DNA of 64,000 bases from NCBI GenBank assembly GCA_964016885.1, contig OZ024743.1, positions 182,280,001 through 182,344,000 of the forward strand, written 5' to 3'. Below are positions 63,538 to 64,000 of this stretch, piece after piece. Within the stretch, counting starts at the first letter, position 1; each line of letters starts with the position of its first letter. The notes under the pieces are model-generated. The model made no database searches and was not told where the DNA came from. It worked only from the letters and a program-made list of their open reading frames with translations. The translations under genes were made by a program, and so were the position numbers. The DNA comes from Eledone cirrhosa (lineage: Eukaryota).

Positions 63538-64000
63538 ATGTCCGCCTCTCCTCAACCTTCTACACCATGGGAGGTTGATCAGTGCCACTCGTGCGCCACG
63601 CGCAACAAGCGCAAGAGAGGAAGGAACTACGCCAACTGCAACAGCTACTTCCTCTCTTGCGTCAAACTCACAAGACGTGCCTCAGATTCCCTGCACCGGT
63701 GGCACTGCCCATCATGTTTATCCACCCCGACACTACAGGTGGTCACAGGCGCCCGACCCAACGGGGACCTGAACCCGCTCGACTCGGACGCGTGTCTGGG
63801 TGCGATATTCCGCCTCAGCAGGCAGTCGTCGAGGAGCGTCACCACCAGGATACCCAGGTCTTCCCACATTCCCGTGGCTGAAGCGCTAGCGACTTCAATC
63901 GAGCGCTTGACTCAGGCGATCCGCTTGACTGGACCAGACTGTCCAGTTTTGCTACTCATACTCGGAATCCCATTGGTGGAGAACCCGACGGTGAGAGACA
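63538..64000 (+). mobile_element. 5' end of a probable CRE-clade non-LTR element ORF with a PHD-like finger; runs off the window
   Basis: Open from ATG 63538 to the window end: CHSC...YANCNSYFLSCVKLTRR...RWHCPSC, then RIPRSSHIPVAEALATSI and, in a shifted frame, ALDSGDPLDWTRLSSFA. Confidence 0.5.

Overview
Eukaryotic repeat-only window; I found no recognisable host gene. SINE signatures and the (CA)/(TA)/(TATG) microsatellite load suggest an octopus or other cephalopod genome (inference). Positions 1-31557 are about 405 in-phase copies of a 78-bp satellite. Each copy carries a 35-nt imperfect palindrome, and the array has higher-order structure (6084-bp and 8268-bp block duplications). Positions 31558-64000 are a dense graveyard of degraded retroelements: CR1, a near full-length Tx1/L1-clade element, RTE, R4/Dong-like, Penelope GIY-YIG and a CRE-like element, plus tRNA-derived SINEs, piggyBac-type and foldback MITEs and a Helitron helicase fragment. 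The most notable signal is a set of three hammerhead-ribozyme-like motifs at 39.9-45.2 kb. One is a U3:A8 compensatory-core hammerhead inside a terminally redundant, apparently non-coding 587-bp unit (retrozyme or Penelope pLTR-like) lying near a Penelope element. All calls were made by eye, without database searches.
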